Below are positions 19,664 to 30,793 of a stretch of 64,000 nt of DNA, in pieces (position 1 is the stretch's first letter; every line of letters starts with the position of its first letter). The stretch spans positions 96,001 through 160,000 of the forward strand of contig CBDANS010000007.1 in assembly GCA_965197745.1 (NCBI GenBank). Direction: 5' to 3'. A model generated the notes under the pieces. The model was not told the origin of the DNA. It did not search any database and was given only the letters and a program-made list of their open reading frames with translations. The DNA is from Opitutales bacterium (GTDB taxonomy: Bacteria; Verrucomicrobiota; Verrucomicrobiia; Opitutales; PNEW01). The position numbers were made by a program, and so were the translations under genes.

Positions 19664-20686
19664 ATGAGTGAACGTAAAATATCCTCACCTGAAAATATCG
19701 ATTTTGATACACCGGGAAGAAGAGATTATTTTGTTTCCTTTGATCACTACTCTTATTGGGCTTCGCACCTGGTTCCCCTAACGGTTTTGGTGGGTGCCGA
19801 TGCGAAACCCGGTAAAGGGGTAGTAGCCATAGGGTCCACTCATGGAAATGAATACGAAGGACCTGCGGCCATCAAGCATCTGGTCCATGATTTAAAAGCT
19901 GATCAGGTCAGCGGGCGTATCATTCTCATCCCCGTCCTCAACGTGGTTGCCTTTGATGCAGGGACCCGTGACACCCCCGATGATGGAGTCAACCTTAACC
20001 GGGCATTTCCGGGTGATGCCATGGGTTCCATCACAAATCGCTTAGCTGATTTTGTGACACGGTTTATATTTCCTCAGGTAGATGTGGTGATCGACATTCA
20101 TTCCGGCAACTCCTACTACCGGTTTTCTCCATTGACCGCTTTTCACCATGTGGAAGATGAAGGACAAAGGCGAGCCATGGAAAAAACGGCCCGTGACTTT
20201 GGTTGTCAGATCACCATGATTTATCATGACAAAGGTCCCGGGCTATTGACCAGCTATGCTGAACGATTGGGTAAAATATCGATCGGAACTGAACTTGGTT
20301 TCGGATGCTCGATTCAGGCTATCGGGGTATCCATGGCCAAACAGGGTATACTGACTGCGGCCATAAAGACAGGACAACTTAAAGGAGAAGCACCCGCGAA
20401 CGGTCACTTCCCATGGGAAGAGCAAATATTAGTTGAGACGACAGATCCCGCCTGTGACATTCTCGCCACGTATAATGGACATTACGAATCGATGGCGGAA
20501 TGCAATATATGGGTGGAGCAGGATCAGTTGCTGGGCTACTTGCATGATTTTGACAAAATAGACGACCTTCCCCTTGAAATAAGAGCCCGTCATGCCGGAA
20601 TATTTATTTGTCAGGCCTGGGGCGCGCGGGTTTTTCAGGGGCAGGTAATTGCCCAGGTGGGAAAGCAGGTTCCCTGGTTGGACTAA
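19664..20686 (+). CDS. Succinylglutamate desuccinylase/aspartoacylase (M14) family hydrolase
   Basis: 'HGNEYEG', 'NLNRAFPG', 'IDIHSG', 'TELG'. Confidence 0.9.
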   Translation: MSERKISSPENIDFDTPGRRDYFVSFDHYSYWASHLVPLTVLVGADAKPGKGVVAIGSTHGNEYEGPAAIKHLVHDLKADQVSGRIILIPVLNVVAFDAGTRDTPDDGVNLNRAFPGDAMGSITNRLADFVTRFIFPQVDVVIDIHSGNSYYRFSPLTAFHHVEDEGQRRAMEKTARDFGCQITMIYHDKGPGLLTSYAERLGKISIGTELGFGCSIQAIGVSMAKQGILTAAIKTGQLKGEAPANGHFPWEEQILVETTDPACDILATYNGHYESMAECNIWVEQDQLLGYLHDFDKIDDLPLEIRARHAGIFICQAWGARVFQGQVIAQVGKQVPWLD

Positions 20687-20702
20687 CGTCAAGGAATTTG
20701 GA

Positions 20703-21824
20703 ATGAAAATTACGGAAGTTAAATGTCAGATTCTTCGCATAAAAGAGGTGGAATCAAAAACGGCGGGCACCCAGGACACGGTGCTGGTGCGGATTCAAAC
20801 CGACGAAGGGATAGAAGGGATCGGCGAATGTGACGCGCAACCCGAAGTCTGCAAGGCGGTCATCGACGCGCCATTCAGCCATAACATTGCCTGTGGTCTG
20901 CGAAAACTTATAGTCGGTGAAGACCCTCTCGATGCGAATCACATTTGGGAAAAAATGTACCGGGGCAGTATGTACTACGGTCGTCGGGGGGTTGCCATTG
21001 CCACGATGGCCAGTATCGATATGGCACTGTGGGATATAAAGGGCAAAAAACTGGGTCAGCCTATCCATGAGCTTTTAGGCGGGAAAAAACACGACCAGAT
21101 CAAAGCTTATGCTTCAATTCTTTTTGGAAAGGACGGACCGGAAACGAAAGCCATTGGGCAGCGTTGGATCGACGTGGGTTATAGGGCGGTAAAGTTTGGT
21201 TGGGAACCCATGGGTGAAAGCGAAGCGGTGGACTTGGACCTCGTATCCGGCGCTAGAGAAGGATTGGGAGATGAAGCAGAACTGCTGGTGGACGCCGGTT
21301 GTGTTTGGGATGCTCCAACGGCTCTCAAGCGCGCCGAAAAATTCACCGATTACAATGTGGGCTGGTTAGAGGAACCCTTGAGCCAGGATGATCTGGAAGG
21401 TTACCAGTGGCTCAAAGAGCGATCGCCTCTACCCATTGCCGCAGGTGAGGGAGAATGTGGATGGTACGCTTATAAACCCTGGATAGAAAATCAGCTTTTG
21501 GACATCTACCAGGTGGATCTTGCGAGAAACGGGTTTACGGATGGGCTGAAGATAAGAAAACAAGTAGAGGAAAAAGGGGGAAAGCTCTGCAACCACTGTT
21601 ACAAGACCCCTATCAGCGTGGCCGCTGGCCTGCATTGGCTGAGCACGACAGACAGCGCGTTTTTATTTGAAGACTGTGTTGAAGACTCACCGCTCAGACA
21701 TGAGCTTACCCATGAAAAAATACAGGCTGTTGACGGCATGATCCACGTTCCCGATCGACCCGGATTAGGGGTTACGCTCAATGAAGATTTAATCCGCGAC
21801 CTGTTGGTCTCTGAATCGGTATAA
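20703..21824 (+). CDS. Mandelate racemase/muconate lactonizing enzyme (enolase superfamily)
   Basis: 'IDMALWDIKGK', 'VDAG', 'WLEEP', 'AAGE', 'PGLGV'. Confidence 0.92.
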   Translation: MKITEVKCQILRIKEVESKTAGTQDTVLVRIQTDEGIEGIGECDAQPEVCKAVIDAPFSHNIACGLRKLIVGEDPLDANHIWEKMYRGSMYYGRRGVAIATMASIDMALWDIKGKKLGQPIHELLGGKKHDQIKAYASILFGKDGPETKAIGQRWIDVGYRAVKFGWEPMGESEAVDLDLVSGAREGLGDEAELLVDAGCVWDAPTALKRAEKFTDYNVGWLEEPLSQDDLEGYQWLKERSPLPIAAGEGECGWYAYKPWIENQLLDIYQVDLARNGFTDGLKIRKQVEEKGGKLCNHCYKTPISVAAGLHWLSTTDSAFLFEDCVEDSPLRHELTHEKIQAVDGMIHVPDRPGLGVTLNEDLIRDLLVSESV

Positions 21825-21890
21825 ACCAGAGTTGAAATTCGAAGGTCGTTTGCGGATTTAAGAAATGAATAGCCACAAAATGCACAAAAA

Positions 21891-22018
21891 GGGTGGGCCA
21901 TGCGGAACCTGCCGGCCATAGTCCACTTGCGACGGCTGGTCGTGGGCGCTTAATTGAGTAATATTTATTTTTCTTATTTTATATAATAATCACGGACGCG
22001 ACGGAGCGCGTCCCTCCA
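21891..22018. repeat. REP doublet family B, copy 2 (inverted, with nested insertion)
   Basis: Inverted counterpart of 9439-9517, with an extra segment at about 21907-21939. Confidence 0.75.
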
Positions 22019-22104
22019 ATTCACTCGCAATGACAATAAAAGAATTCCTTATATATTTAATCTCTTTGTAAGAGATTAGAAAGTCGACGGAATGATTTCT
22101 TAAA

Positions 22105-22431
22105 TTACCAATGCGCTAAAATCTTTAGAAGATCGATCTTCAACTCATCGTCTGAGTTAGTATTTTCTTCTCTGTCAGCGTTTGAGAAAGTGGTATTAAA
22201 ATTCTGCTTCGGCTGTCCTATCCCTTCTGACAGCATCGCATCATTATAGACCAATGCATCCATTCCCACCACAGTCGATACTTTGGGGGCAGCAAGGTTC
22301 GAGGCTTCATTAATCTCTGCAAGATCTCCACCCGAGAAAGGCAAAAGAGGATTGTGCGCGGAAGTCTCAAAGGACCCTTCGCCAACCCTGGATTTGAAAT
22401 CTGGAAATCTGATTAACATTCTGGTAATCAT
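22105..22431 (-). other. Short ORF, possible gene fragment downstream of a duplicated sigma54 promoter
   Basis: 108 aa; the first ~19 codons lie inside the duplicated promoter segment; no motif. Confidence 0.3.
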
Positions 22432-22471
22432 TATGCAGTAAGGATGCCAATATTTATAAAAAATTGTAAGT
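22376..22471 (-). promoter_or_regulatory. sigma54 promoter segment, duplicate of 26959-27054
   Basis: Minus strand TGGCATCCTTACTGCA (GG-N10-GC) at 22434-22449; 96-bp direct repeat with 11 mismatches by hand count. Confidence 0.75.
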
Positions 22472-22580
22472 GTATGAATACTAATTAATTAAAAATTTAA
22501 ACTGATAATACAATCAATCCTCATGGACATGATATGTTAGTAGCATACATAGAATGTAAGTCACAATATAAGCCGTAGTC

Positions 22581-22886
22581 TTATTGACCTGACTTGCTTC
22601 TATAGGTGCTTAACCTGCCAAGTTTTAGCTCTTCGTTCTGTTTCTTCTAATTGATTCTTGTTAGATTCGTTACCATACAGCAGCGATCGTATACCAATAA
22701 AAATCCTCAAAATTATCCTGCTCAACTCTTCGTCCCTTTTCATACATCACTCCAAGGTTGAAAAGGGTTTCAGCACCACTTTCTTCTGCTCGTGCTTTTA
22801 ATTCTGATAATTGGTCAGGTCATTCCTGGCACCCAATGCAGAGCTGACTAATAACAGGATAAAAAATTCGAAAGCACATTCTTCAT
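22581..22886 (-). pseudogene. Sel1-like repeat protein remnant
   Basis: Minus frame reads LKARAEESGAETLFNLGVMYEKGRRVEQDNFEDFYWYTIAA*, a Sel1 consensus. A signal-peptide-like ILLLVSSALG lies in another frame from ATG 22886. Confidence 0.7.
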
Positions 22887-22956
22887 GATAGCAGTCGATT
22901 AGATCAGCCGACTTATTTATTGCTGTAAGTAATCAGCAAGATATGAATTTTTTCAT

Positions 22957-24854
22957 TTATTTAAACAAGTTTGGTAAAGTAGTGGTTAGTGGTGATACAT
23001 AAGTGATCAATAACACACCGACGAGCAGGACTAATAAAATAGGTATCACGGATCGGTAAACCTCAGGCAGAGGTTTATTAAAGCGATACGATGAAAGGAA
23101 TAGATTCATCCCTACTGGTGGCGTTAAATACCCAAGTTCCAAATTCGCTAAAAAGATGATGCCCAGGTGGATTGGATTAATGCCATAAGCCAGTCCCATG
23201 GGGATAATTAATGGCACTACAACGACAATGGCCGTGTAAATATCCATAAGGCACCCAACAATTAAAAGGAAAAAATTAAGCGCGAGTAAAAATGTCCATC
23301 GTGAATGAATGGTGTCCGTTACCCAATCAACGATACGCGGTGGAATCTCTTCAAGAACCATATAGTAGGTAAGCCCCATGGCAACACCGAGAATCAAAAG
23401 GACACCACCCACAACTAACCCACATTCTGTCATCACGCGAGGGACGTCTTTAAATAATTTCAAATCTCGGTAAATAAAGGTCTCCACAATAAACGCATAG
23501 AGCGCAGTCACGGCTGCTGATTCAACGGGAGTGGCATAACCGCTGAAGAACACGACCAACGCTACAATCGGCAGAATGAGCTCCCACTTAGCTACCCAAA
23601 TAGCACGGCGCGTCTTTCCCCAATCAAAATTTTGTAATTCAGCATCACCCTTCGAACCTTGTCGAATTCCCCACCAGGCTGTTAATATTACCAATAAAAC
23701 ACCGGGTCCTACACCCCCGAGAAACATTTGCCCAATAGTGACATTTTCGACGTTAATTAAACCTTGATTGGCTACAGCGGTAGAAGCGATGATGGCGTAT
23801 AGGATTAATGGCAAACACGGTGGGAATAGGAGCCCCAAAGAACCTGCTCCCGTTAGCAGTCCAATGGCATTCCTTTCCGAGTAACCGGCGGCAAACAAAA
23901 CGGGTAAAAGCAATCCGCCAAGAGCGAGAATTGTTACTCCCGAGGCACCCGTGAAGGTAGTAAAAAACGCACATAACAAGCAGTCAAAACTGCTGGCCCA
24001 CCACGAATCTGACTGAATAACGCTTGAAAAACGTTAATTAACCGTTTCGATGCACCTCCCTCTGCTAAAAACAATCCAGCTAAAGTAAAAAGAGGAATAG
24101 TTGGAAGAGATGGATTGGTCACAAGTGAATAATGTTTCAGTGATATCGATGCAACCGGTAATTGATCTCCCCAAAAAAAGATTAAAGCAGCCCCTCCAAT
24201 AGTTGTAAAAACGGGAGAGCCGAGAACGGTAGCCATAAACAATAGAATAAATAAGGGGACGACCATTTTCTCTGGGAATAGAGGTGACCATTTACCTATG
24301 CAGACAAACAAAGTAACAAGAAATAGCGCCAATCCACGGCCTTTAAAATATTCAGAAGCACCCCATATCAACCGAAGCGTTATGAGACCGAAGCCAAGGG
24401 GGAGAATAAATTGGATGGTCCATACCGGAATTCCATAGGCCAGTGTTTTACCACCCATTTTTTCAAACAGTAGAAACTGTATGCTGGCAACACACAGAAA
24501 AACACTAATTGTTGCGGCGACTGTATTGCTAAAAAATTGTGCAATTGTCTTTACTCGATCTTTAAAAAAATCGCTCAAGGTTGAGAGTGAGAGCAATCGA
24601 TTATTACGTGCAGCAATGGCTCCACCCAGCATACACACAATTAAAGTGAAATGTTGAATAAAGGAACTGGCACCCGAGATACCAGTGTGAAAAAATGTAC
24701 GTAAAAGTATACTTGCCAGTGGCAATACCACCAATACGGCCAAGGTTGCAGCAACTAAAGCATCCTCAATACTACATAATATTTTCTTCCAATTGTAGTT
24801 ATTCCTTGTGCGTAGATAATCTAGATCAGGAGCATCATTCGACTCGTCACTCAC
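22957..24854 (-). pseudogene. dctQM: TRAP transporter fused DctQ-DctM permease, single frameshift
   Basis: 'IPLFTLAGLFLAEGG...GGPAVLTA' then 'LCAFFTTFTGASG...GLLFPP...ELGYLTPPVGMNLF'; one T is missing near 23980. Confidence 0.88.
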
Positions 24855-25903
24855 TATTTTGCTTCCTTATTTATAGTGCGGTATTCCTGTATCAATTGTA
24901 TAACCTCGTCAAAAATATCTGCAGAGACCATATTACCTCGAATCCTGGGGTAAAGCAATTTGGTGGCAGTCTCACGCCACTCTTCCTCAATTTTGGAAGA
25001 AACCGGATGAACAGTCAGTCCACGATTCTTCATTGCCGCCTCAGCATTAATACTCTCCTCTCTCCCTATAATTTTCATTTTCTTACCGGCATCTGCAGCA
25101 GCAATTTGAAGGGCTTCTTTTGTCACGTCTGGTATTTTATTCCAAGTATGACTCCTGATAACGACGGCACCGACTAAAGGTCCCCAATTTAACTCTAACA
25201 TGTGCGGTGCCAGATTGTCTATTTGTCCAGCCAGAGCATAAAAAGGGGGTGAGACAACTACATTAATTAATCCTGTCTGCAAACCCGGCATAATTTCTGA
25301 GGTTTCGAGTGGGACTGGATAGTAACCGGCTTGAATCATTACTTCAACCTGAGCCGGGTTACCCGCCCATACAAAAATCTTCATTTTTTTTAAATTATCA
25401 GGATAAATAACCGGTTGTTTGGAAAAATATCTAACCCAGCCAGCATCTACCCAGAACAAGAGTACGAATCCTTTAATTAAGAGACGTTTTTGTAACTCCG
25501 GCTGTAGCTTTTCAATGACATAATCAAGTTCATCTAGATCTCTGTATACCATGGGTATACTACTTAGACCGGCAATTCCCGGTTCAATATCCTCAAGACC
25601 GCGAACCGTGAGCAATGCAGAATGCAGTGATCCGACGCGCATCAGTCTAACCATATCAGATTCTCCCCCCTGGATACCGTCAGGGTAAATCACTAGTTTC
25701 ACTCCTCCACCGGGTGCCTCTCGCCATTTTTCACCCATTGCCAACAGTGTTTGATGATGACTGGAACCACGTGGAGCAATTGTCCCTAAGTTGATTCGTA
25801 TCTGTTTTGTCGCTGCCTCGATGTTATAGGCAGATAGAGAAACACTATAGATGCCAATTACTAATAGGCATTTTAAAAATTTTCCTCTGAGTAAAATCTT
25901 CAT
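24854..25903 (-). CDS. dctP: TRAP substrate-binding protein DctP (TatP type)
   Basis: Signal peptide; 'LGTIAPRGS', 'YPDGIQGGESDMVR', 'GLQTGLI'. Confidence 0.88.
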   Translation of the reverse strand: MKILLRGKFLKCLLVIGIYSVSLSAYNIEAATKQIRINLGTIAPRGSSHHQTLLAMGEKWREAPGGGVKLVIYPDGIQGGESDMVRLMRVGSLHSALLTVRGLEDIEPGIAGLSSIPMVYRDLDELDYVIEKLQPELQKRLLIKGFVLLFWVDAGWVRYFSKQPVIYPDNLKKMKIFVWAGNPAQVEVMIQAGYYPVPLETSEIMPGLQTGLINVVVSPPFYALAGQIDNLAPHMLELNWGPLVGAVVIRSHTWNKIPDVTKEALQIAAADAGKKMKIIGREESINAEAAMKNRGLTVHPVSSKIEEEWRETATKLLYPRIRGNMVSADIFDEVIQLIQEYRTINKEAK

Positions 25904-25925
25904 ATCTTGAATCACTATAGATAAT

Positions 25926-26873
25926 TTATAAACTTTCTGATAATAGAAAAAGCTCATCGGTTCGTTGCAACAGCCACCGTGCACGACTCTGCATCACCAG
26001 GTTAGCAAGTCGCCATTCTGGTTTGGCATTGGGATCGATAGCTAACGCGCGGTTGAGCAAAGATCGGAATTCAATAATATCCTGCTCTTTTACCGATACA
26101 GATTCAGCAAATGATACTAAAGGACCGGCATGGTACCCCCCATTAAGTTCCATCGCTCTTTCAAAATGCTTCCTCGATCTCACGATCGGATCCCCTTCAA
26201 CTCCCTGGCGGCTCAATTCAAATACGATTAAAAATGTGTGAATTGAACCGTCGTCGAAAGACTCATCCAATTCAAGGGCACGATCAATGAGTGCTTCCAC
26301 AATTGGCAGTTCAGCGACGAGATAGGGATCGTTCTTGGAAATGGAAATAACTGCTGCCCAAGAAACAGCCGTCCAATAGAGTAATGGTAGATCATCTTCC
26401 CCTATTAAACCGACTGCTGACTCTGGATTATCGCGCAGCTTTAATGCAAAATCTCGATGCTTTACCTCAAGACCACTTAAACCGTAATTTCTAGCACGAA
26501 GATACAGTTTTCTGGCCCTCGCTCGATATTCGGTTGCCGCAGCTAAATTCTCGTCTTCTATCAGATCGGCCTCTTGCTGGACAAATGCATAGGCATACTG
26601 AGTGAAGCCACTTGATGTGGCAAAAAGCAGCCCCTTATGTCTTGGGCTTTCTGCCAACAAACTTTCCATCAACTTAAGACTGAATGGAGTTGCTGCTTTA
26701 ATAAGTTCGGGATCATCATCGGATGCATAGGTTACACCCCCACTTGCAAGCGCATCGCCCAATTTATTAACAGCCATTCGCCTGATGGAACAGCCCGTTG
26801 TTAATAGACAAAACAGGGTAGTTAATATTATCCAATTTCCAATGACACTTTTATGATGGGTGTGAAAAATCAT
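25926..26873 (-). CDS. TRAP transporter TatT component (TPR-like lipoprotein)
   Basis: Lipobox 'LTTGC'; 'DDDPELIKAATPFSLKLMESLL', 'YAYAFV', 'ARKLYLRARNYG'; lies upstream of dctP. Confidence 0.88.
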   Translation of the reverse strand: MIFHTHHKSVIGNWIILTTLFCLLTTGCSIRRMAVNKLGDALASGGVTYASDDDPELIKAATPFSLKLMESLLAESPRHKGLLFATSSGFTQYAYAFVQQEADLIEDENLAAATEYRARARKLYLRARNYGLSGLEVKHRDFALKLRDNPESAVGLIGEDDLPLLYWTAVSWAAVISISKNDPYLVAELPIVEALIDRALELDESFDDGSIHTFLIVFELSRQGVEGDPIVRSRKHFERAMELNGGYHAGPLVSFAESVSVKEQDIIEFRSLLNRALAIDPNAKPEWRLANLVMQSRARWLLQRTDELFLLSESL

Positions 26874-26958
26874 GGAAAATATGAGGATTACCGTTCTATA
26901 CTTAAGGCTGCATTCTACTTATTAGATGGAACCTATAATTTTCCTATAGAGTTAGTAA

Positions 26959-27062
26959 CCTTCGCCAACCCTATTTTTGAAATCTGGAAATCTTATTAAC
27001 ATTCTAGTGATCATTATGCAGTAAGGATGCCAATAGGTATCTTAAATTGTAAGTTATTGATA
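26959..27062 (-). promoter_or_regulatory. sigma54 promoter plus IHF site upstream of tatT
   Basis: TGGCATCCTTACTGCA at 27017-27032 (minus). TATCAATAACTTA at about 27050-27062 matches WATCAANNNNTTR. Confidence 0.78.
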
Positions 27063-27154
27063 GCAAAATAATTAGAAATTTTACTGGGCTAGGATGATGT
27101 TAACTTGATTAGATAATCGTAAATCCACCACCGATTAGGCGCTATTATCTCCGA

Positions 27155-29500
27155 TTAAAAGCGTCCGGTAATCTGAACGCCGACAAATCGCGGGGGGCCT
27201 GCGATAAATGTAGGCAGGCCGAAGTTCGCTCCCGTATTGCCGGCATCGATGAGGTAGTCCTCATCGAGAAGGTTTTTCACGTAGCCCGAAATTTCCCATC
27301 GATCACCAGGAAGACGCAATCCAAAGCGGAGGTTGAGCAGACCGTAATCGTTCTGTTCAACACCGAAACCGAAGGGATCGTTGTCTTCCTCAAAAAACAA
27401 ATGGGATCTCCAGGTGTAAGTCGGGGTGACGAAGAAATCACCCAAATTACCAACGGGGGTAACAAAGTTTGCCCCGATAGCGATAGAATGTTTTGAGGTC
27501 AATCGAAACCGGTTTCCGGCAAATAATTGAGGATTACCGATAGAGTCGGTCTCGTCAAAATTAGCGTCCAGCCAGCTATAATTTCCAAAGAGACTAACCC
27601 CTTCCGTAAGCAGTGCGTTGAAGGATAATTCAGCGCCATAGGCAGAAGCGTTCCCGGCATCTATGGTGTCAACTTGAAGCTGATCATTAATTATATTTGT
27701 TTGAAAATTTTCGTAATCGTAAGTGAAGATTGAAGCATCATAAAGTAATCGACCGTCCATGATGACACCCTTAATGCCGAGTTCATAACTCCAGACAATT
27801 TCATCGCTTAAGGTTTCAGGACCTGCTTCATCCACTTCGATAACATTGGGGCGACGTCCTCGCGAGACGCTGGCAAAAATACTTGTATTTTCATTAAATT
27901 TATACCGAGCAATGATGCGACCCACAAGGGATGTAAAATCATCGCTACCGGTGATTCGGCCATTGGTAGGCGAGAAGATATTATTGGGAACGGGCGAACC
28001 CGGGAGAAGGGGCCCGAGAGTGCCGGGAAATAAACTATTGGTCACTTCATATGCAGCCTCGACTTCTTCATAAGTTCCTCTCAAACCTGCGGTTAATTCT
28101 AATTTATCGGTTAATTCGTAAGTTCCATCAATGAAGATCTCAAAGGCGGAAGTATCCCCATAATTGGTAAAAGCCTCCTCATGAAAATCCTTCAAGGGAG
28201 CGCCGGCCAAGGGCCCGAAGATCTGTGGGATGTTTGGCAGATTTGCCACCAGATTGGGACTACCATCAGGAAAGATAAGCGGTTCAATGGGGACGGGGAC
28301 GCCCACGCTGTTAAGGAGGGGAGTTAATAATGGGTACAGGCTTCTTTCATCGGTACGAAAGGGTACTCTTTGGGATCCTTCTTCATGAAAATAACTGGCG
28401 CCGACAAAGCCGGTTAAGCGACCTTCGTTACCGTAATTGAAACGGACTTCCTGGCTGAACTGTTTGCCCTCAGCATCTTCGGCAAATTCCAGGGCAAAAG
28501 CTTGTGAACCATCGGCATCAAATTCTTCGAAAGAATCGAATTCACGATAGCCGGTGATAAGGGAGAGACTCCAGACATCATTTATTTGGATATCGGCGAG
28601 CGCAGTGATACCCCAAACCTCACGGTCTATAAATAAATTGGTACCGCGATTAAGTTCTGCCGCTGAAAATGGACTGATATCGCCACCGGTAGGGATGTAT
28701 ACTTTATTTTTAAAAGAAGTGCCTGAAGAAGTATCGGTCTGGTAGTTGATGATAAAATCAATGACCGTCCGATCGTTAGGAATTAATAGAAATGAACTTC
28801 GAATAGCGAAAGTTTCAGTCCCGTTTAAGTCCCCACCGGCAATATTATCGAGATAACCGTCTCTATTTTTATAAATAGCAGCGACCCTGCCGAAGACTTT
28901 TTCTTCAACAATTGGGGTGTTGTAGAATCCTGAAATCAACCATTGATCAAAATTTCCATAACCAAATCGAATTTCCCCCAAGGTGTCATCAACCGCTTTA
29001 TTTTGAATAATGCTAACCGCACCTATTTCTGCAGCTCGTCCAAAAAGGGTGCCTTGAGGCCCTTTTATAACTTCGACCCGTTCAATATCAAACAGCTCGA
29101 CGACTGACCCTCGTGATCTGCTGATTGATACTCCATCCTGAAAAATAGAGACACGTGGCTCGATATTGGCTTCACCACTGTCGCTGGTGATCCCTCGAAT
29201 GACGAATCCGGGGTTATTGGGGCTTTGTTCCTGTATTTCAAGACCGGGGACAAATGCCGCTAATTCACTTAATTCATCAACATTTATAGTATCGAGAAAA
29301 GCACTGTCATAGGCGGTTATGGTAATAGGAACTTCCTGAATGATCTGCTCGCGCTTTTGGGTGGTGACCACGAGTTCTTCAAGTTCTATGACAGCGTCCT
29401 GTGCTTCCACCTTCAAATTACATAAGGCCAATGTCAGTGAAAGAAATGTTTTTAATAAAAACGATGCAGAATAAATAGATGGAGAAGCTTCTATTTTCAT
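27155..29500 (-). CDS. TonB-dependent outer membrane receptor
   Basis: TonB box 'EELVVTTQKR', plug 'DIERVEVIKGPQGTLFG', C-terminal aromatic 'ITGRF'. Confidence 0.95.
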   Translation of the reverse strand: MKIEASPSIYSASFLLKTFLSLTLALCNLKVEAQDAVIELEELVVTTQKREQIIQEVPITITAYDSAFLDTINVDELSELAAFVPGLEIQEQSPNNPGFVIRGITSDSGEANIEPRVSIFQDGVSISRSRGSVVELFDIERVEVIKGPQGTLFGRAAEIGAVSIIQNKAVDDTLGEIRFGYGNFDQWLISGFYNTPIVEEKVFGRVAAIYKNRDGYLDNIAGGDLNGTETFAIRSSFLLIPNDRTVIDFIINYQTDTSSGTSFKNKVYIPTGGDISPFSAAELNRGTNLFIDREVWGITALADIQINDVWSLSLITGYREFDSFEEFDADGSQAFALEFAEDAEGKQFSQEVRFNYGNEGRLTGFVGASYFHEEGSQRVPFRTDERSLYPLLTPLLNSVGVPVPIEPLIFPDGSPNLVANLPNIPQIFGPLAGAPLKDFHEEAFTNYGDTSAFEIFIDGTYELTDKLELTAGLRGTYEEVEAAYEVTNSLFPGTLGPLLPGSPVPNNIFSPTNGRITGSDDFTSLVGRIIARYKFNENTSIFASVSRGRRPNVIEVDEAGPETLSDEIVWSYELGIKGVIMDGRLLYDASIFTYDYENFQTNIINDQLQVDTIDAGNASAYGAELSFNALLTEGVSLFGNYSWLDANFDETDSIGNPQLFAGNRFRLTSKHSIAIGANFVTPVGNLGDFFVTPTYTWRSHLFFEEDNDPFGFGVEQNDYGLLNLRFGLRLPGDRWEISGYVKNLLDEDYLIDAGNTGANFGLPTFIAGPPRFVGVQITGRF

Positions 29501-29529
29501 GGATATTTATTTGGTTTTACCCAAATAAG

Positions 29530-29545
29530 AGCAAAATGTTTGCCA
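29530..29545 (-). promoter_or_regulatory. sigma54 promoter of the TonB receptor
   Basis: Minus strand TGGCAAACATTTTGCT (GG-N10-GC), 30 bp upstream of ATG; TGT-N10-ACA box at 29643-29658. Confidence 0.75.
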
Positions 29546-29839
29546 ATTTGTGTTGATAATTCTCAATACAATAATGGTAAACGACTTAAGAATAACACAG
29601 CGCACCATACTTCTCTATGATGGACCTATTTTCAGCATCAGATGTCGTGAGGGTTACATTAGATGCATGTTCCTGAACGCTAATTGTATGTTTTGTCGCC
29701 GGGGTAAAAGCTTGTGTAAATGTATTAGGGATACATACCCCACCTCGCTTAATTCAAATATCTATAATATTGCTTTCACCGGTAATTCATTCATTAGGAA
29801 ATAGCGTGTAGCTAATTATCATACCTCATATGAAGGGCA

Positions 29840-29899
29840 GGGAATTAAATATTGATTGCGGTGTCAAGCGGGAATTAAATATTGATTGCGGTGTCAAGC
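29840..29899. repeat. Perfect 30-bp tandem duplication
   Basis: GGGAATTAAATATTGATTGCGGTGTCAAGC x2. Confidence 0.95.
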
Positions 29900-29933
29900 C
29901 AAAATTGGATTTTTAATGAAGGTTATCTAATGT

Positions 29934-30671
29934 ATGACAGATTCCACTAACAGTTCTCCCACATGGATCAGTCATCGAGGTTACAAAGAGACCGCGGTGG
30001 AAAATACCCTCGAGTCATTCAGGGCCGCTATAGGCGTTGGTTTCAACAACCTGGAAACAGATTTACGTTTAAGCAGTGATAATCAGTTAGTCCTGATCCA
30101 TGATCAAACACTGGAGAGAATAACCGGCGATACTAAACCGGTATTAATTTACTCACGCGAAAAGTTAGAAGCAATTAGATTAAGGAACGGTGAGAAATTA
30201 TTATTTTTTGATCAGTTTGCAGAAGAATTTGGAGGATGTAACTGGACTCTTGATATCAAACCGGAAGAAGGAAATAAGACAATCACTGAGCTTTTTGATT
30301 GGATAAAAAAAAATAATTCTGAAAAAGGGTTCAAAGAACGCGCAAAATTTGTAACCTGGGATGCGAACCAGGAAGAATTACTGCATAGCTTAATCCCCGG
30401 TGTTGCTTGCTATGCGAGCCATAAAGAATGTCGGCGAACGGGATTAGCGGCCCTTTTAAAAATGTCAGTATTTGGGAGCATAAAACCTGGCCGGACCTAC
30501 TCACTACCTGCCCGGTTTCATTCCATGCCGCTCTATCGCCGTTCAATCGCAGAAGCCTATCATCGAAGGCGGGCCTCCCTTTTGGCCTACCTGCCGGAAA
30601 CCGATGATGACGCCCGAGCCGCTAAGGAAGCGGGGTTCGATGAAATCCTAACCGATGGGAAAATCATTTAG
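29934..30671 (+). CDS. Glycerophosphodiester phosphodiesterase family protein
   Basis: 'ISHRG', 'ENTLESF', 'LETDLRLSSDNQLVLIHD', 'LDIK', 'ILTD'. Confidence 0.9.
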   Translation: MTDSTNSSPTWISHRGYKETAVENTLESFRAAIGVGFNNLETDLRLSSDNQLVLIHDQTLERITGDTKPVLIYSREKLEAIRLRNGEKLLFFDQFAEEFGGCNWTLDIKPEEGNKTITELFDWIKKNNSEKGFKERAKFVTWDANQEELLHSLIPGVACYASHKECRRTGLAALLKMSVFGSIKPGRTYSLPARFHSMPLYRRSIAEAYHRRRASLLAYLPETDDDARAAKEAGFDEILTDGKII

Positions 30672-30793
30672 AATGCGATCGATTTATTTTTGATAAATTT
30701 GAGCAGGGAGCGTAATGGCGCGGGCTTTTTCGTTGCTTAATATATCGCAATCTATTCATAATTAAACGAACGCGTCGCAATTTAGATTTAAGT

